Assembly (NCBI RefSeq): GCF_001194135.2
Contig: NC_068983.1
Coordinates: 157,434,471 to 157,498,470 of the forward strand
Source: Octopus bimaculoides
Taxonomy: Eukaryota
Reading direction: 5' to 3'
Length of the DNA: 64,000 nt
Shown: piece after piece, positions 1-15,000 of the stretch
Layout of the letters: each line of letters starts with the position of its first letter
How positions within the stretch are numbered: position 1 is the stretch's first letter
Made by a program: the position numbers and the translations under genes
Notes under the pieces: model-generated
The model's database searches: none
Seen by the model: only the letters and a program-made list of their open reading frames with translations
What the model was told of the DNA's origin: nothing

Positions 1-64
1 AATATTAAGAAGACAGTATTGTTTTTAAAAATTGAGTACATTATTACTTATTTTGTTGTTGTAG

Positions 65-3000
65 GAAACTTATAGCAGAGTTGGGAGAGGTATGCTCCAT
101 GAAGATCGTATTACATTTGCTATACAGTTATGCAGGATCCATCTTCAAGGATTGGCAAAGTATGGATAATTCCTTAGATATTAACCACTAATTTTGTCAT
201 CTAATTTGCCTTTGTTTACATGATCTAAATAAGTGTTCTAACTTTGTGACATCATCTAATCTACATAGTAATAGAATGATTTTCACATTTATTTTTCGTC
301 CTGTCTATAGCAAACTAGCGCATGGTAAAGCAAACCAACAAGGGAGCCCCTAGACAGCTATCCAACTTGCTAGAAATAGCAGCCAAATTTTTCTCAAATT
401 GCATGGTTTTGAAAAGAAAAGAATGTATTGAATAATATAGCTGTAGAGGCACTGACTGAAAAGAATGTCCACAGCTGGTAAATTATTTTAGTTCTGTTGT
501 ATCAGAGCTGACAAGGTGCCTAACAACTTTATTCTGTCATCTTCAGTTTGCATTTGAGCACAGTCTTTCAAAGCTAACAATCTGAAAAAAGAAGTTGAAC
601 ATTCCACTTATTTAGATTCTGAGAACAATGTAGTTATGAACCAAATGAAGTAATGCTACAGCAAATAAAAACAAGTTATATGCAAATAATAAACCCATCG
701 CTATCAAATGAATGCATACACACATTGCCTGATTTTGAATATAATCAAATAAATGAATGAACAATTTCAATGTGCACTATTGAATTAAAGTGGACCAGTA
801 AATGATAGAATATTGCATCATTGCTAAGGAACAATGTATAATCTTAAATGACCTTGAATGATGTCTATGATGAAAAATATAGTGCTGACAAATAAGTTAA
901 CCTACAGTCAATATTATTACTAAGTGAAACATCATATCACAAAGAACTCCTGTAGTTCTTGTATCTACTTTTCTTTGCTGCATATTATACCTGTGTGAAG
1001 AATGGAACTGAACAGAGCTAACAGTTACCAATATACATCATCATCGTTTAACATCTGCTTTCCATGCTAGCATATTTTCTAAAATTGGAATGCACCTTTT
1101 CAAGGAGGTATACATCATTATTTAACACCCATCTTCCTAGCTGACATAGGTTGGGTGGTTTGACAAGATTCAACAGGTCCGAAGACTGCATTGTGCTCCA
1201 GTGTCTACTTTGGCATGGCTTCTGAATTTTAACCACTTTACAGTGTGTACTGAGTGTTTTTCATGGTATGCAAGAGGTTGCCATGATAGATTAAGATCTC
1301 TTTGTAGTTGGTATCATTTTCTTAATATGTGTACAAGGGTATTTATTAATTGAAAAACATTACATGAAAATAGAGAACTCCATTTTATCATGAAGAACAC
1401 AGGATAAAGAAAACTAAATTTATTTTACTGATTATGTTTGAAATATTCCTTATTTGATATTTTTATATAACAATTGCAAATTTTAAAATATTTACATTTG
1501 CTATTTGTGCAGTGAACCAAGTTATGATCATGAATTCAACTATTTTATGAGGGGAGAGGAAGGAATTCTCACCAGCCAGTCACCAGAAAGCATCAAAGGA
1601 CTATCTCCACAACAGGTATAATGTATTTTTCAAATTATAAAAAGCTCATTTGTATTCTCTTGTTCATGCATACTAACATTATACGTCCAAGAAGAGCATG
1701 CTTGCTTCATTTCTCATATTTGGGCAAGTGTGCTGTCATGTCACTTGGATCTCCTTGACCAGGTTCAGAAGCAAGTCTTTAATTTGATTGGTCTCTCTCT
1801 TGCTTCAACTCAGCAACCCTTGTTACATCAGTGTGACGTCATCAGTCTGTCTTTTTTTCTATTGATATTGCCACAGGAAGTGCTTTGATGAACTGTCCTA
1901 GTTCCAGATGACTTTGTCCCTTCATCCAAATGCTGTTGTGCTTCCATAAATAAAGAAAACTTTCTACAACCATTGCTTGTTTCCTCAAACTGTCAGACTT
2001 TGGAATTCTTGTCTGTCTCATTGTTTTCCTCCTCCTTATGACCTGAACTCTTTCAAGTTTTAAAGTAAATTCATTCTTTTCATCTCAATTTCTCCCTCTT
2101 CGTAGCCCCTTACACTAAGTAACTTCTCTCCTTGTTTTGGACTTTCTTCTAAAAAGAAGTATAAGAAAATCCCTTGCAACCCTAGCTAGTTCTCTACTGT
2201 CTGCCCTTCACTGAGAGAGAATCCTTTTGATTGCTAGCAGACTTCCATGAACTTTTCCACCTATCAGAACACTTTTCTGCTTCTAAGCTAATAGGGAAGA
2301 AAAATAACTTTAAACTTTTAAAGTTTGAGTTTGATAAGTAAACTTAATTTTTGTTTCTTTACACTATAATTCTTGCAAGTCAGCAGATATTTTGTTCTTT
2401 TAACCTTTTTTAAAATTTAATTTTAAAATGTTAAATTAACAAACGATATTTTTCACCTTCTTTAGTATTCTCATGAAGTTTTAATTCATTTTCTCAGGTC
2501 ATAAATATGATGAGTCTATCAAAGTTGGAAGCATTCAAAGACATCAAGTCAAAAGTTCAAAAGAACGTGAGTATTTATTGATATGTAGATTTTTCGTTTA
2601 TTTTATGAAGGATTTAGATGATTCTGTATATTCAGGTACATGCATGGCTCCTTCTAAATGTTGTTTAAGTGTATTTCTTAAAGTTAGTAAAATATGGTTT
2701 ACTAGTTCAAATCCAAATAATATCCATTTCAACAATGTTCTGCATTAATTTTGTAACAAGTTTTTTTATTATGTATATTAACCTTATTTTCCTTTCATTT
2801 AATTTTTATTATTCACAGGATTTCTTAGAATGGCTGCATAATCCTACTCCAGAAACAAATGTTCCTACAATATGGAATGAAGAAAAACCACTCAGTAATT
2901 ATCTTTTGCTTGATTTTCTGCTTTTACTTATTTTTTCATAATCTTCAAAAATGTTGGTTTCTGTATTTGTTATATAGTAACAGATCCAGTTAATGTACAG

Positions 3001-6000
3001 AATTTTATCAAGTGTCTATTTTATGAGTATATTAATAAGTTCATGAAACTTTAATAGATTGTATTTTATCCACAATGTCTACTGGAGCAATGCTTTTTAA
3101 TTTACCAATCGTCGGGCAATATGCTGTGCTTGAGAAGACCTGTTGAGTCAAGTGAAATCATGGTTGTGGCCGATGCCAGTGCCACCTGACTGACACTCAT
3201 AAAAAGCACCCACTACACTCTGAGTGGTTGGCATTTAGCTGCCAGATCAGATTGGAGCTTGGTGCGGCCTCCTGGCTTGCCAGTCCTCAGTGAAACCATG
3301 CCTGCATAGAAAGCAGACATTAAACAATGATGATGATAATGAGATATAGAGGGAAATTTAAGGTATTGGAAACCTATTTATCGAGTATTTGAAAGACATA
3401 CTTAGCAGCTTTATCTTGATCTTGCACTTACTGTTGGAAAGAGATTTTATTTAGTGTTGCTTGCTAAACATTTAGGTTAGTTGTGAGAAAGGATAAAAGA
3501 ATTGAGAAGAACTAATTATTCAAAGAAGAGGATTCAGAAGAATGTTTACAAACGGTTTTCTCAGACTCTTCATTTTTCACTAATAACACTCTTATATAAC
3601 AAAAAAAAAAATAGTTGGATGGTTTGTTGGATAGGTTTTCATGTGAGAGCTTTTAAATTTGGATGAGAGGATTTGTGCAGCGTATAGTTATGACACTTAG
3701 GCTAAAGTTAGAAAACACCATTGGAGGAGATGGCCCCCAGGAGGGGTGGTGGTGGTATCTTGTAAATGATCATGATTTTGAATGGAGGCCTGTGGAATTT
3801 TAATATATTGGCAGTACTTTAAAATTAATCTGTTAACATCCCTAAATCCTTCTACTCTGCCAATCATGGTAGGAACTCTTAAGTGAAACCCCCAATGAAG
3901 ATCAATGTTGGAAAGAAGAGAGATTTTTTTTAACCCATTCAAGGATTTCAATGCAAGCATTATAATACTTAATATGGTTATATTGTTAATGAATCACATC
4001 ACTACACCAAAATTCAGTGTGGCAGTGACTTAAGTTCTGAATTCAAGTTTCACTGAGGGTAGCTATGTCTTCCATTCTTTCACTCAGTAAAATAACTATT
4101 AGTTAAATGCTGGGGTAACCTTCTATCTGAGTTAAAAAGTAATTATTATGGTAAAAAAAAAAAATTTTTTTTTTAATTGTATTTATCTAAGAATATTTTG
4201 TTCATTGTAGCTGACACTGGGAAAGTAGTGTTTTCTTTGTTGATGATCCGAGCATTTAGACCAGATCGTCTTGTGTCAAATGTACGAATGTTTGTAGAGA
4301 AAATTCTTGGTGAAACATTTGCTCATACTGCAGAAAAAGAACTCAACCTGTCTGAAGTTGTTGAAAATGAGGTCTGGTAACATTTTTATCATTATGCAAA
4401 TATATTTTTTGTCATTATTCTATCACAAATTTTTCTTCTTCACTGCTGTCATTTGAACACTTAGTGTGTTAATAACTTTCCTTTTATAGTTAAAGCTTTT
4501 GTAATGCAAATTTACAACTGTTATTTAAATGTTATGATTGCTTTCGCACTGATGCACAAGAGATTTTGAAAATTTCTTTCTATTTTCAAGGTTAAATCGA
4601 GTACACCAGTACTAATGTGTTCAATGGCTGGATTTGATGCCAGTGGACGAGTTGATGATTTGGCAGCTGAACTCAATAAGCAGATAACTTCAATTGCTAT
4701 CGGTAAATGATACTTTTTTCTTTATCCTACCATAAAAAAAGAAAAATGTTTTTGTCACAAAAAAAAAAAAAGTTTCATGTGGACATTGGTTTGACAGGTT
4801 GTCATAGTCCAAGTCAGTTCTTGTTCAGAATTACTACCTTATGTGGGTTGGAGGACTGCATCTTGCTTGAATGTTTCATTTAGGCTTGATTTCTATAGCT
4901 GGATGCTCTTGCTATCACTTCACAGTGTGTACTGAGTGTATTTTATCATTGCACCAGCACTAGAGGCTTGTCATGTCTCCAACAAGACTATTTTTTTGAC
5001 CCAACATTGCCTCTACTTATTTGTTAACTACCTTTTAAGAGTGTTATGAATGCATTTAATGTGGCACCAGCACTAATGAGGCTGCCTTGTACCATGTAAG
5101 ACTAGAGTGTTCTCGTTACTGTGGGATATAGAAACATGTCGGGTGATGATTTTGTTGTCTTCGCTTGTAAATATGGTTTTTGCAAAGGTCTGTATTATCT
5201 ACTTGCTACTCTCCTTTCTTCTCTCTTCCTTCTCCCCTCTCATAATATTAATTTATTTTGTAGGTTCTGCTGAAGGCTTTACTCAGGCTGACAAAGCAAT
5301 TAATTCGGCTAGTAAATCTGGACGATGGGTAATGCTAAAGAATGTACATTTGGCACCACAATGGCTTGTTCAGCTAGAGAAGAAATTGCACAATTTAACT
5401 CCTCATACTAATTTCCGACTATTTCTTACAATGGAAATTAATCCTAAAGTAATGAATTTGTTTTTATTTTTATTTGATTATATTTGCACTTGGATTATTA
5501 GTTTATCTAGGCTGCTCTTTGATAACTTGACATAAATCAGTTTTATTTGGCAATAATTTCATAGAAATCTTTTAATTTATCTGGATGATGTCTTTAAATA
5601 ATTAAAATTATAAAGAATTTAATTATTTTTCAACACTAGTAAATGTACAACTTTTATATTTACTTTCAGCAAGTACAGTAAAGTTTAGACTTAAATGATG
5701 GATTCAGAAGCATATAATTACATGAGCTAAATTTCTGTATTGTTTATGATCATATCTCTAGTTGAGCAATTTACAAAATCAAAATACAAGTGAAAACATA
5801 ATGGGGATTATTATATAACAAAAATGTATTATACATTGTTGTAAGTAGAAACAAGTTACAATGTACTTGTTAAAAAGTAGATTCAACAAAATACATGGTA
5901 AAAATTAAATCTCTTTCTTTTTTTTTTTTAAGTCAGTTATTTAAGATAATTCACATATTTTAAATATAAGCTCAAATATATTTTCCTCTGTTTGCCTAGT

Positions 6001-9000
6001 TAATAAGAATTTGACCAACTTGAATTTAATTTCCAATCACATCTGCAATTTTACATTTTTCTCTGAAGACTCACCTTTTACCATGAAATCTATGTGTAGC
6101 TGGTGTCATTTAAAAAAAAAAAATGTATATTTTGAAGGATTATTTCATTTAATTGATTTTACTTTCATTTTACTTTCACAGCTTCCAACCAATTTGCTTC
6201 GTGCTGGTCGAGTGTTTGTTTTTGAACCTCCTCCTGGTATTGCTGCTAATTTGCTGCGTACATTTTCAACTGTACCTGCAACTAGGATGTGTCAGGTAGA
6301 AACTGCATTTTCCTTTTTTTTTCTTTTTTTTTTTTTGTCTTTTCAGAGTGAGATTTAGAGTAATTAAGTTAAAAATACCCATAAATATATCTTCCTATGT
6401 TATTTTGAATATCAAATTGTCTTGATAATTACCTTATCCTCTCCTGAATTCATTATTTATATTATATGGAATGTTTTCTTTTGCTTGCTTTGTATATGTA
6501 AAAGGCTCATTTCATCTTTTGAAAATTGCTTTTTTTTTTTTTTCAAAATATAAAGTATGTTAATGGTTGGAGATTTGCTTAACACTTGAACCAGACAAAA
6601 ACACACAGGATGTACTTTCTTTTCATGTCCCTNNNNNNNNNNNNNNNNNNNNNNNNNNNNNNNNNNNNNNNNNNNNNNNNNNNNNNNNNNNNNNNNNNNN
6701 NNNNNNNNNNNNNNNNNNNNNNNNNNACTTCAAAAAAATTAAAAGTATGCAACTGATTTTAATGGTCAAGATGTTATATTTACAAAAGGACACCAGTTGC
6801 AAACAGGACTGCTATGGAGGGATGTTTTATTAAATCTACTCCAGTATTTGACTGGTATCTCATGCTACCAACTCTGAAAGGATGAAAGGCAAAGCTGACC
6901 TTAGTGGAACTTAAATCCAGAATATAAAGGATTGCTTCTATATATTCTCTATTTTTTTATACTTAAAAGGCAAAATATATTCCACATTCAGTAAAAAAAA
7001 TCTTTTTATAGATCTGTTATGTGAGCAAAATCTCTGAAGATTTCAAAAGATGCAATGTAATTGAATGATTGTAATGTTATACTTCTAATTCTGAGACCAA
7101 ACATAACCAGAAACTTTTAATGATCTTAGATAAGACAGCTTATCTATTTAAAACCGTGCATCTTTCTGAAAATCAGTGCCATTCCCTGTTTCAATTGTGA
7201 AAACCAGACATGTTATCTACATGTAAAATAGTTAGGTGCCAGAGAAAATACTCTCTGGCACTTAACTATTGCTAACTGGTAAAAGGCAATATAAATACAT
7301 TATTTTTTAATGTAATCCCGTATTTAAAAAAAATTTTTAATGTCTTTTTTAAAAATAGAAAATTAACTTTTATCATTTTAATATGATATTTAATATTGAA
7401 TAACATTTAAAAAATCCATGACAGCTTTTACTGTTCTTGATTAAAATTTGTATTTCTTCCTTTTATAGCCTCCTAACGAAAGATCCCGATTGTATTTCTT
7501 ACTTGCATGGTTTCATGCAATTGTTCAAGAGCGTATGCGTTATGTACCACTTGGTTGGTCTAAGAAATATGAATTTTCTGAATCTGACCTGAAAGTTGCT
7601 TGTGATATGTTGGATACTTGGATTGACTCAGTTGCCATGGTAAGTTCAAATAATTTTGTCTGAGAAATTGCTTCTCCTAAATGTTTGATGGTATAGATAA
7701 ATAATTTTAATTTATATTTTTGCAGGGTCGTACCAATTTACCGCCTGAAAAAGTTCCTTGGGACGCCATGAGGACTCTTCTCTCCCAATGCATATACGGT
7801 GGTAAAATCGATAATGACTTTGATCAGGTAAGAATATTTGAATTCTTTCTGTGATGTATGTTGAGTAGCTTCAGGTCAGCTTTGATTGAACAGCCCTCTG
7901 ACATACAGGTAGCCAGTTGAATGACCAAGCACAACCAATAGATCTGTTTCTCTAGTCGTTTTACTGTCCTCCCCCAGACTAACAGAAGATCATACATGTT
8001 CTGATATGCTGTAATGAATCATACAGGATGCACTGTAACAGTCAGGACATGTTGCACTCTCTTCATTATTTCTGTATCCATGTTGCTTAGTCCTTGATCA
8101 GCCTTGGATAAGCAAGCCTGTGATCTAAGGAATTCCAACTATGATTCTCTCATCTTCACATCTATTTAAAACTACGTTGTTCAATGTGTTTTGTCTTTTT
8201 AAAATGGTAGGGTGTGATCTGACGGAGATAAAGTAACTGTGTAGAATCTCCCTTGCTGGCTTGTCTGTCTGTGAATTCTGGTGGTCACAGTGGATGCAGG
8301 CAAAGTGGAATGGGTCAGATTCTAACAATTGCTGTATTTCTATAGTATTATTGGTGATGTACTTCCCAGCATGGTATTGGAAGTTAATGAGACTAGTAAA
8401 TGTTGCAACTGTTTTTGTGTTTTGCTTTTTTACGTTTATTTAGGATGAGTAGGAGATAGTTTTTAGAATACTCTTGTAGTAGTGGTCTTGGGTATTATAT
8501 ATGCATTTGGATGTTTGAAAGTGATTTTCCATGTAGCAGCAAGGACTGAGGATTGAAGCTCCTTTGGTAACAAGTTGTGCCCCTCATATATCCAGGTACT
8601 TATTCATTTTTAGCATTAGTATTTTTGTTTCATCATGTAGGTAGTTTGTAGATGTGGTTTGTATATAGTCTGTGATGTGCAGTATTAAAGTACCATAAAT
8701 TCTAGCCTTCTTTATTTGTGTGTGTGTGTGTGTGAGTTAGTGACATTTTAACTTTTAAAAAATTTTATTCTTATGAATTGTCTGTTTTATTTCACTGCTA
8801 GTCTTCATTTTATTTATTTTTTTCAGCGTCTTTTGACATCCTTTGTGAATAAATTGTTTACACCAGAGAGCTTTGATGCTGACTTTGTTTTGGTAAATAA
8901 TGTTGAAGGTCAACAGGGCAAGAATATCATTATGCCAGAAGGTGTCAGGTAAAATTCAGTTGACTATTAATTTTGCATAAATCAGTTAATACTCCACACT

Positions 9001-12000
9001 TGTATTTGAACATGACTATTAAGACTTTATTATGAAATTTTTATTTACTAGAGGAGGAGTGTCCTTCATTATTTTTGTAGACTCTATTAAACTGAGATTG
9101 ATGTTCATTTTCAACAATCTGAGGGATGGATTCCATATGACTACAAAGCTCTAGAGAGGATTGATTGGACAAAGGGTTTAATTCAGATTCTCCTTTATAC
9201 AGTAAGGTTAATGAGAATAGGAGAGGTGAGTGCATTGGTGGATTTGTAAGAATGCAGCTGGCTAGTTCAGAGGAATGGAGGTCATTGTAGTAGGAGTACA
9301 TAAAACAGAAGAAAGATTGTGTTTGTGAGCTAGGAGTTATAGTGTGTTGCTGAACCTGTCAGTCAGCTGACTGGTCTTCTTTTGGGTGCAGAAAGGTGCG
9401 TCTTTGTAACAGTAACACTCTCTTGGGTATATGGACACTACTCTAATTACTTTTATCAGCTACCTTAATCCCAGGAAACAAAATGTTAGTGGAATATTTA
9501 ACATTGTGTGAAAGCTGATTACACTGTAACCTTTAAAAAACTGTACTCAGTAAATTACTTACTATGATGTTAATCTATCAGTATATTGTAGCTCTTGTCA
9601 ATCAGTTTCTGTTTAGCTGATGAGCATATTATGTATGCACTCTTGTTTTTATGTAGGTGTACACATGGAAAATATCTGCTGCACAATAAATCATTCCTAT
9701 AATTTTTCACTCATATAGTGGGAATGGTTTGGAGAAATTTAAAATTTTTCTGTATTGCTTTATGATTTAGCAATACTAGTGTGAACATAAGATATGGGTG
9801 GTTGCCATGGTTTTGGTGATATTTAACAGCTTGATCATATACTTTGGAAATCTATATTTAATAAAAAGAAGCATCCAAAGATTATTCACTATTTAGTTTA
9901 TAGGTTGGATTGTGAAAAGAACAAAGCATTTTCCCTCAGTTTCCTGCATCTCACTGATTGTTTTTATGTTGGATTGTATTTATCTGATAAATTGGTATGG
10001 ATATTGGTTTGCTACCTAGTACCTGAGAGAAATGTAGTTTTGTTCTTTGAGAACATGTGTAACTGTTGGCTCAATATTTAATTTATATCTTTTTTTGTAT
10101 TGTTTGAAAAATTTTCAAGTATATAGCAAGTCTGAACTAGTTTCTATGTGGTGTCCATAACAACAAGCTATTTTCTGACCTTTGACTTCCTGAGAAACCT
10201 CTCCCCTCCCTCCACTTTTAGCAAAGACTACTAAATATAGGAATGGTCACTAACACCGTTGTACTGTCATTACTCATAAGAAATTGAAAGTTGAATTTTA
10301 AATGCTGTGTCTTTCTCACTTTTTATATATCTTTGCTACATTAGATGTACAGTCAGTTGGGCAAAAATTACATATAATATATATTAAAAACAAATACACT
10401 AAACTCAGTAAACATTACTTGACAAGAACTTAAAAATATGCTTGGGAATGAAGTTATATGAATATTTCATCATAACATGAAAATCAGAAGCAAGCATAGT
10501 TTCACATTCAATGTTATGAAGAGCAAATAGTTGCTCAAAGAATGTCTGTAAGATGTGTTGTATTTTGAGTTCTACAAGCTTTGAATACATTTATAATTTT
10601 TAAAAATAAAATCATAGTTGTGTACTATTCTGTATTATTTTAGAAAACTTATTTTGGAAGTTGTGTGTTTTTTTTTTCCTGAATGACCAGTATGCTAGCA
10701 GCTGGATTTTATGATTATATTTTAGAAAATAAATGTTCCAACCAATCATCTCAGTTGAATATGTTTCTCTTACATAATTTCATCATGTCTAGTGATTGAT
10801 GCTGGATGAATTTATTCATATCAACATTTAAACATTTATTAACTCTGACCAAATTTGTTACACATCTTTATGTAACATTGCCATTTTGTAATTAAAACAA
10901 TGTCTTGCTATTCCAATTCTAAATTGTGTTTACTCTTGTAAAAAAGCTATGACTTGCATTTCTTTTGGTAACTTTGGGCATATGCTTATTTTTATTCATT
11001 TCCTAACATGCTGTCTACTATTTTTTTACATACTAAGATCTACTCCTCACTTGATATTCCCCCCCCCCCCACCAGATGGTAATTTAATTTAGGTACTTAT
11101 GAAATTTTACTTGTTACTAGATTCTAAATAGATTTTAAAGATTTTCTATGGCTTAGGTTATTAGATTTTAGTATCTATAGTTTACATCTGGATTATTTTG
11201 GTGAGCATCTTTCTTACAGAGAATTTTTTAAGGTTGTTGTTTTTACAAGAAAATTCGTCTGGCTTTTGTGTTGTAGAAGAGAGCAGTTCTTGCAGTTCAC
11301 AAGCACTCTTACTGATCGACAATCTCCAACATGGTTAGGTTTACCTAACAATGCTGAACGAGTCTTATTGACCAAATTAGGTAAGATTAATAAGCGTTAA
11401 CATTTCTTTAAACATGTAGCACTTAATTCTTTCAGCCGAGTACTTCATGAAAATGAAAGAATCATTGCATGCCATTAGAAGATGCTTTTGGGGATGGTAG
11501 ATTGTTACAAATGTATGTTGAGGGCAGATGAACACACTTGTTTTGGTCCTGTTTGTGCAATCATGCTTTGATGATCTCTGAATGTGCTTAAATATCTTAT
11601 TAATGCCAGCAAATATTCACTACTACAAAAGTAATAGAAGATATTGAAAGTAATATATTATCAATATATTATCAATATATTATCAATATATTATCAATAT
11701 ATTATCAATATATTATCAATATATAGAATTTATATAGAGGCTGGCCAAGAAATACCTTATTCCCAAATGATAACATATCATATTATGAATTTAGTTTGAT
11801 TTTTGGCATTCTGCAGAAACATTTGTATGAGAGAGAAGAAAAGTATGGTTGAATATAAATAGCTGCTTTATCTACTATGTAGAAACTGTTAAAAGAAGCC
11901 ATTTGTTTCATCTTTGTCCTTAGATATAATCCCAAAATATAGTTGTAAATTACTCCATTTTGTACTCTTTATTTCAACTTTAAAGGCTCTGACATGATAG

Positions 12001-15000
12001 CCAAATTAATGAGAATGCAGCTTTTGGAAGATGAAGACCTAGCTGTTAAAACATCAATTGAACAAAATGAGAAACGTTTAACTGATGGGCGTCCTGCTTG
12101 GATGAGAACTCTGCAAAAATCTGTTTCTGGATGGCTTCAGCTTGTGCCTAAGGTAATGTTGATCTCAGTTATATAATTATATATATTTTTTTTCATTTCT
12201 ATTTTTTATTTGTTTTTCTTTAAATATTTTCCATGCCTGGTTATATTACAATTTGGAAAATATTTAAGGATTGTTATATGTATCTATTTTAGAATAATAG
12301 TAATTCAAATAATTTACCAAATTTCTCGGTAAGGATATCTCTGAATCTCAGTAAGGATATCCCTAAATATCTGAATTCTTTATTGTAAATTTTTTGTTGT
12401 TTAGAAATTGTTTTGGAGTATGTTTTTTTTCAATGCTTGAGCAATTAATATATATATATATATAACTTCTCTAATATCCTTACAGCATTCATTTTGTGTG
12501 TGTGTCTTTTCATATTTACATTTGTTTAGGTTGTTAAGAAAGAAGACCTTAAATTAAATATTTAGATCAGATCTTAAGAGTTTATAGCCAATAGATTGGG
12601 TAGTAAATGATTACATTTATGGATTTTTTTATATTTTAAATTTTGTTTTTCTTAAACCATATCAACATTTTTTTTCATCTCTAGAGCCTTGGTTCCTTGA
12701 AAAGAACAATGGAAAACATTAAAGATCCCTTGTTTAGATTCTTTGAACGTGAAGTCAATGCTGGATGCCGTTTGCTCAGTGATGTTCGTCAGGACCTAAC
12801 TGATATTATGATGGTGTGTTCAGGAGAGAAGAAACCAACTAATCATCACCGCTCAATGATGGATGACCTCATTAAAGGTAGAGAAGAAATTCAATCAAAT
12901 CTTATACATTTATATTTCTTTTATTTTAACTAATTACTACTTAGTCATCATAATTTTAGATTTCTCTTTGTAGGTAAAAGTCTTAAAAGTTAATATAATT
13001 CAACTGAAATTCATTATTTTTCCCTATCTATACTCCCTTATCAAAAAAAGACCCTGGTTAAGTAGTTTCTAATTTCTTATGCTTTTTGACATTAGTGTTC
13101 TATTTAGAATATAATAAACAAATAAGTAAAACAAAATAACTAATGCAAAATAACATATCTATGTTCACTGATATTATTAAAAAGCTTTCTATTTGTTGTA
13201 GGTATAATTCCTATATCTTGGAGAAGATACACTGTTCCCAGTGGTTTAACTGTCATTCAGTGGATTACAGATTTTAGTGAGAGAGTGAAACAGCTTCACA
13301 ATATTATTACACAGACAAGTTCTGGTGGAGCTAAGGAACTAAAGGTAAATACGAACTTCCCAAAAGTGTAAAGAAAGGATGATAACAAATGTAGTGTCAA
13401 TTTAAATTTTAAATGTTGCTTTGTGTTTTTGGTGTTTATTGCATGGTGGGTTCAAACATTATTTTGATCATTTATCACAAATACATTATTTTTCATTTGA
13501 TTTGTACATGAAAGAGTACAATGAGCATATGCATAATACACATACTTTATGTCATCATATAAAGTCCACCTTTCCATGCTTGCATGGGTTGGATGTTTAT
13601 TTATTAGGGGTAGTCATGTTAGGTAAGCCAATAGAGCAGAAACATAAAATGGAAAATTATGGTCTGGATCAGCAAAATTTATCTTTCAAAAAAAAGAAAC
13701 CATATCTAATATGTGTGTCACGAGAAGAGAAGCATGACTCGTGCAACTATGGGGTTGTGATAGAAGTTTAGAATTTTTCAATACTTTAAAAAAGTACTTT
13801 TTAATGAATTTTTAATCTAATTGTGAATTCTATTCCTTGTTGGATAATTAAATTTGTTTAACCCCTTGCAGACGGATTTAGTACTGACAGTCGGTGCTGT
13901 GTACTGATATTAGGCCGTTCAGTAACTACATAATTTTTCATGCGTGGAGTTTTAGTGTGTGTTTATAGATTCTTCTCAGTGTGGTATATTTGTAAACATG
14001 AGCACAGAGACATTACACTGCTCATGCACAGTGTTTTGGTGCAGCCAGTACCACTTCCTGTCTGCAAGAGGTTAATTATACAAGATGTTTAATTCACCAC
14101 ATTTCATTTTATATCTCCTTAAAACTTATTTTAAGGAAAAATTTCATTTCTTTTCGACTAATCCTGTTGGGTATAGGCTGGGTTACATATCCATCCTCAA
14201 AAATTTATTCAGTTGTAATTTTTAAAACAATAAAATATTTCTCTCTTCTCACAGAATATCAATGTTTGGCTTGGTAAGCTTTTTATCCCTGAGGCCTATA
14301 TTACAGCAACACGCCAGTATGTAGCACAAGCTAACAGTTGGTCTTTGGAAGAATTACATCTTGATGTAAGTAGTTAGATTTATGTATTAATATTTGAATT
14401 TCTAGGATTAGTTTTGTCTTGACTTTTATTTACTATCATGCTTGGGTTTAATAATTGTTCTTTGAAACTGATGACGTGAACTGATTTAATGTCATTATTT
14501 CTATTGTAAATTATTCAACCTAATACATACAGTTGTATTTTGATATTGCACTATTTTAAACACATGATCTAGCTTTAATCCTTTATTCAAGAGAATAAAA
14601 GATATCTTCCTCTCATTTGATAATGTTGCCAAAATGAATTTTTTATGCTTATACCTGTATAAAAGAAGCAGCAATTTTCTTTGTGTAATTATTAATTTGA
14701 ATGATGCTTAGCAAAAGTGCCATTTTGAATACTTTTACTTTTTATTTTTCCTTTAGGTTTCAGTTTTGACTGGAAAAACACCACCTTCACCTGATGATTG
14801 CAGTTTTGCTTTAACAGGTTTGATATTTTCTTATATATAATTATGAAAAAAATTAAGTTTTTAGCATTCAGATTACTCTGTTAATTGTGATATTTAAGTG
14901 CTATAATAATAGGATAGAGGAAGTTCAGAGAGCTTTTACTTCTGTTGGCAATCAAAGGTCTCTCTCTCTCTCTCTGAGTGAAGGGAAAATTGTGTGATTG

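Noticed and set aside
3690-9350. Possible old LINE fragments at ~3690-3960, 8090-8330 and 9040-9350
   Set aside because: Only vague similarity in translation; no motif clear enough to call.
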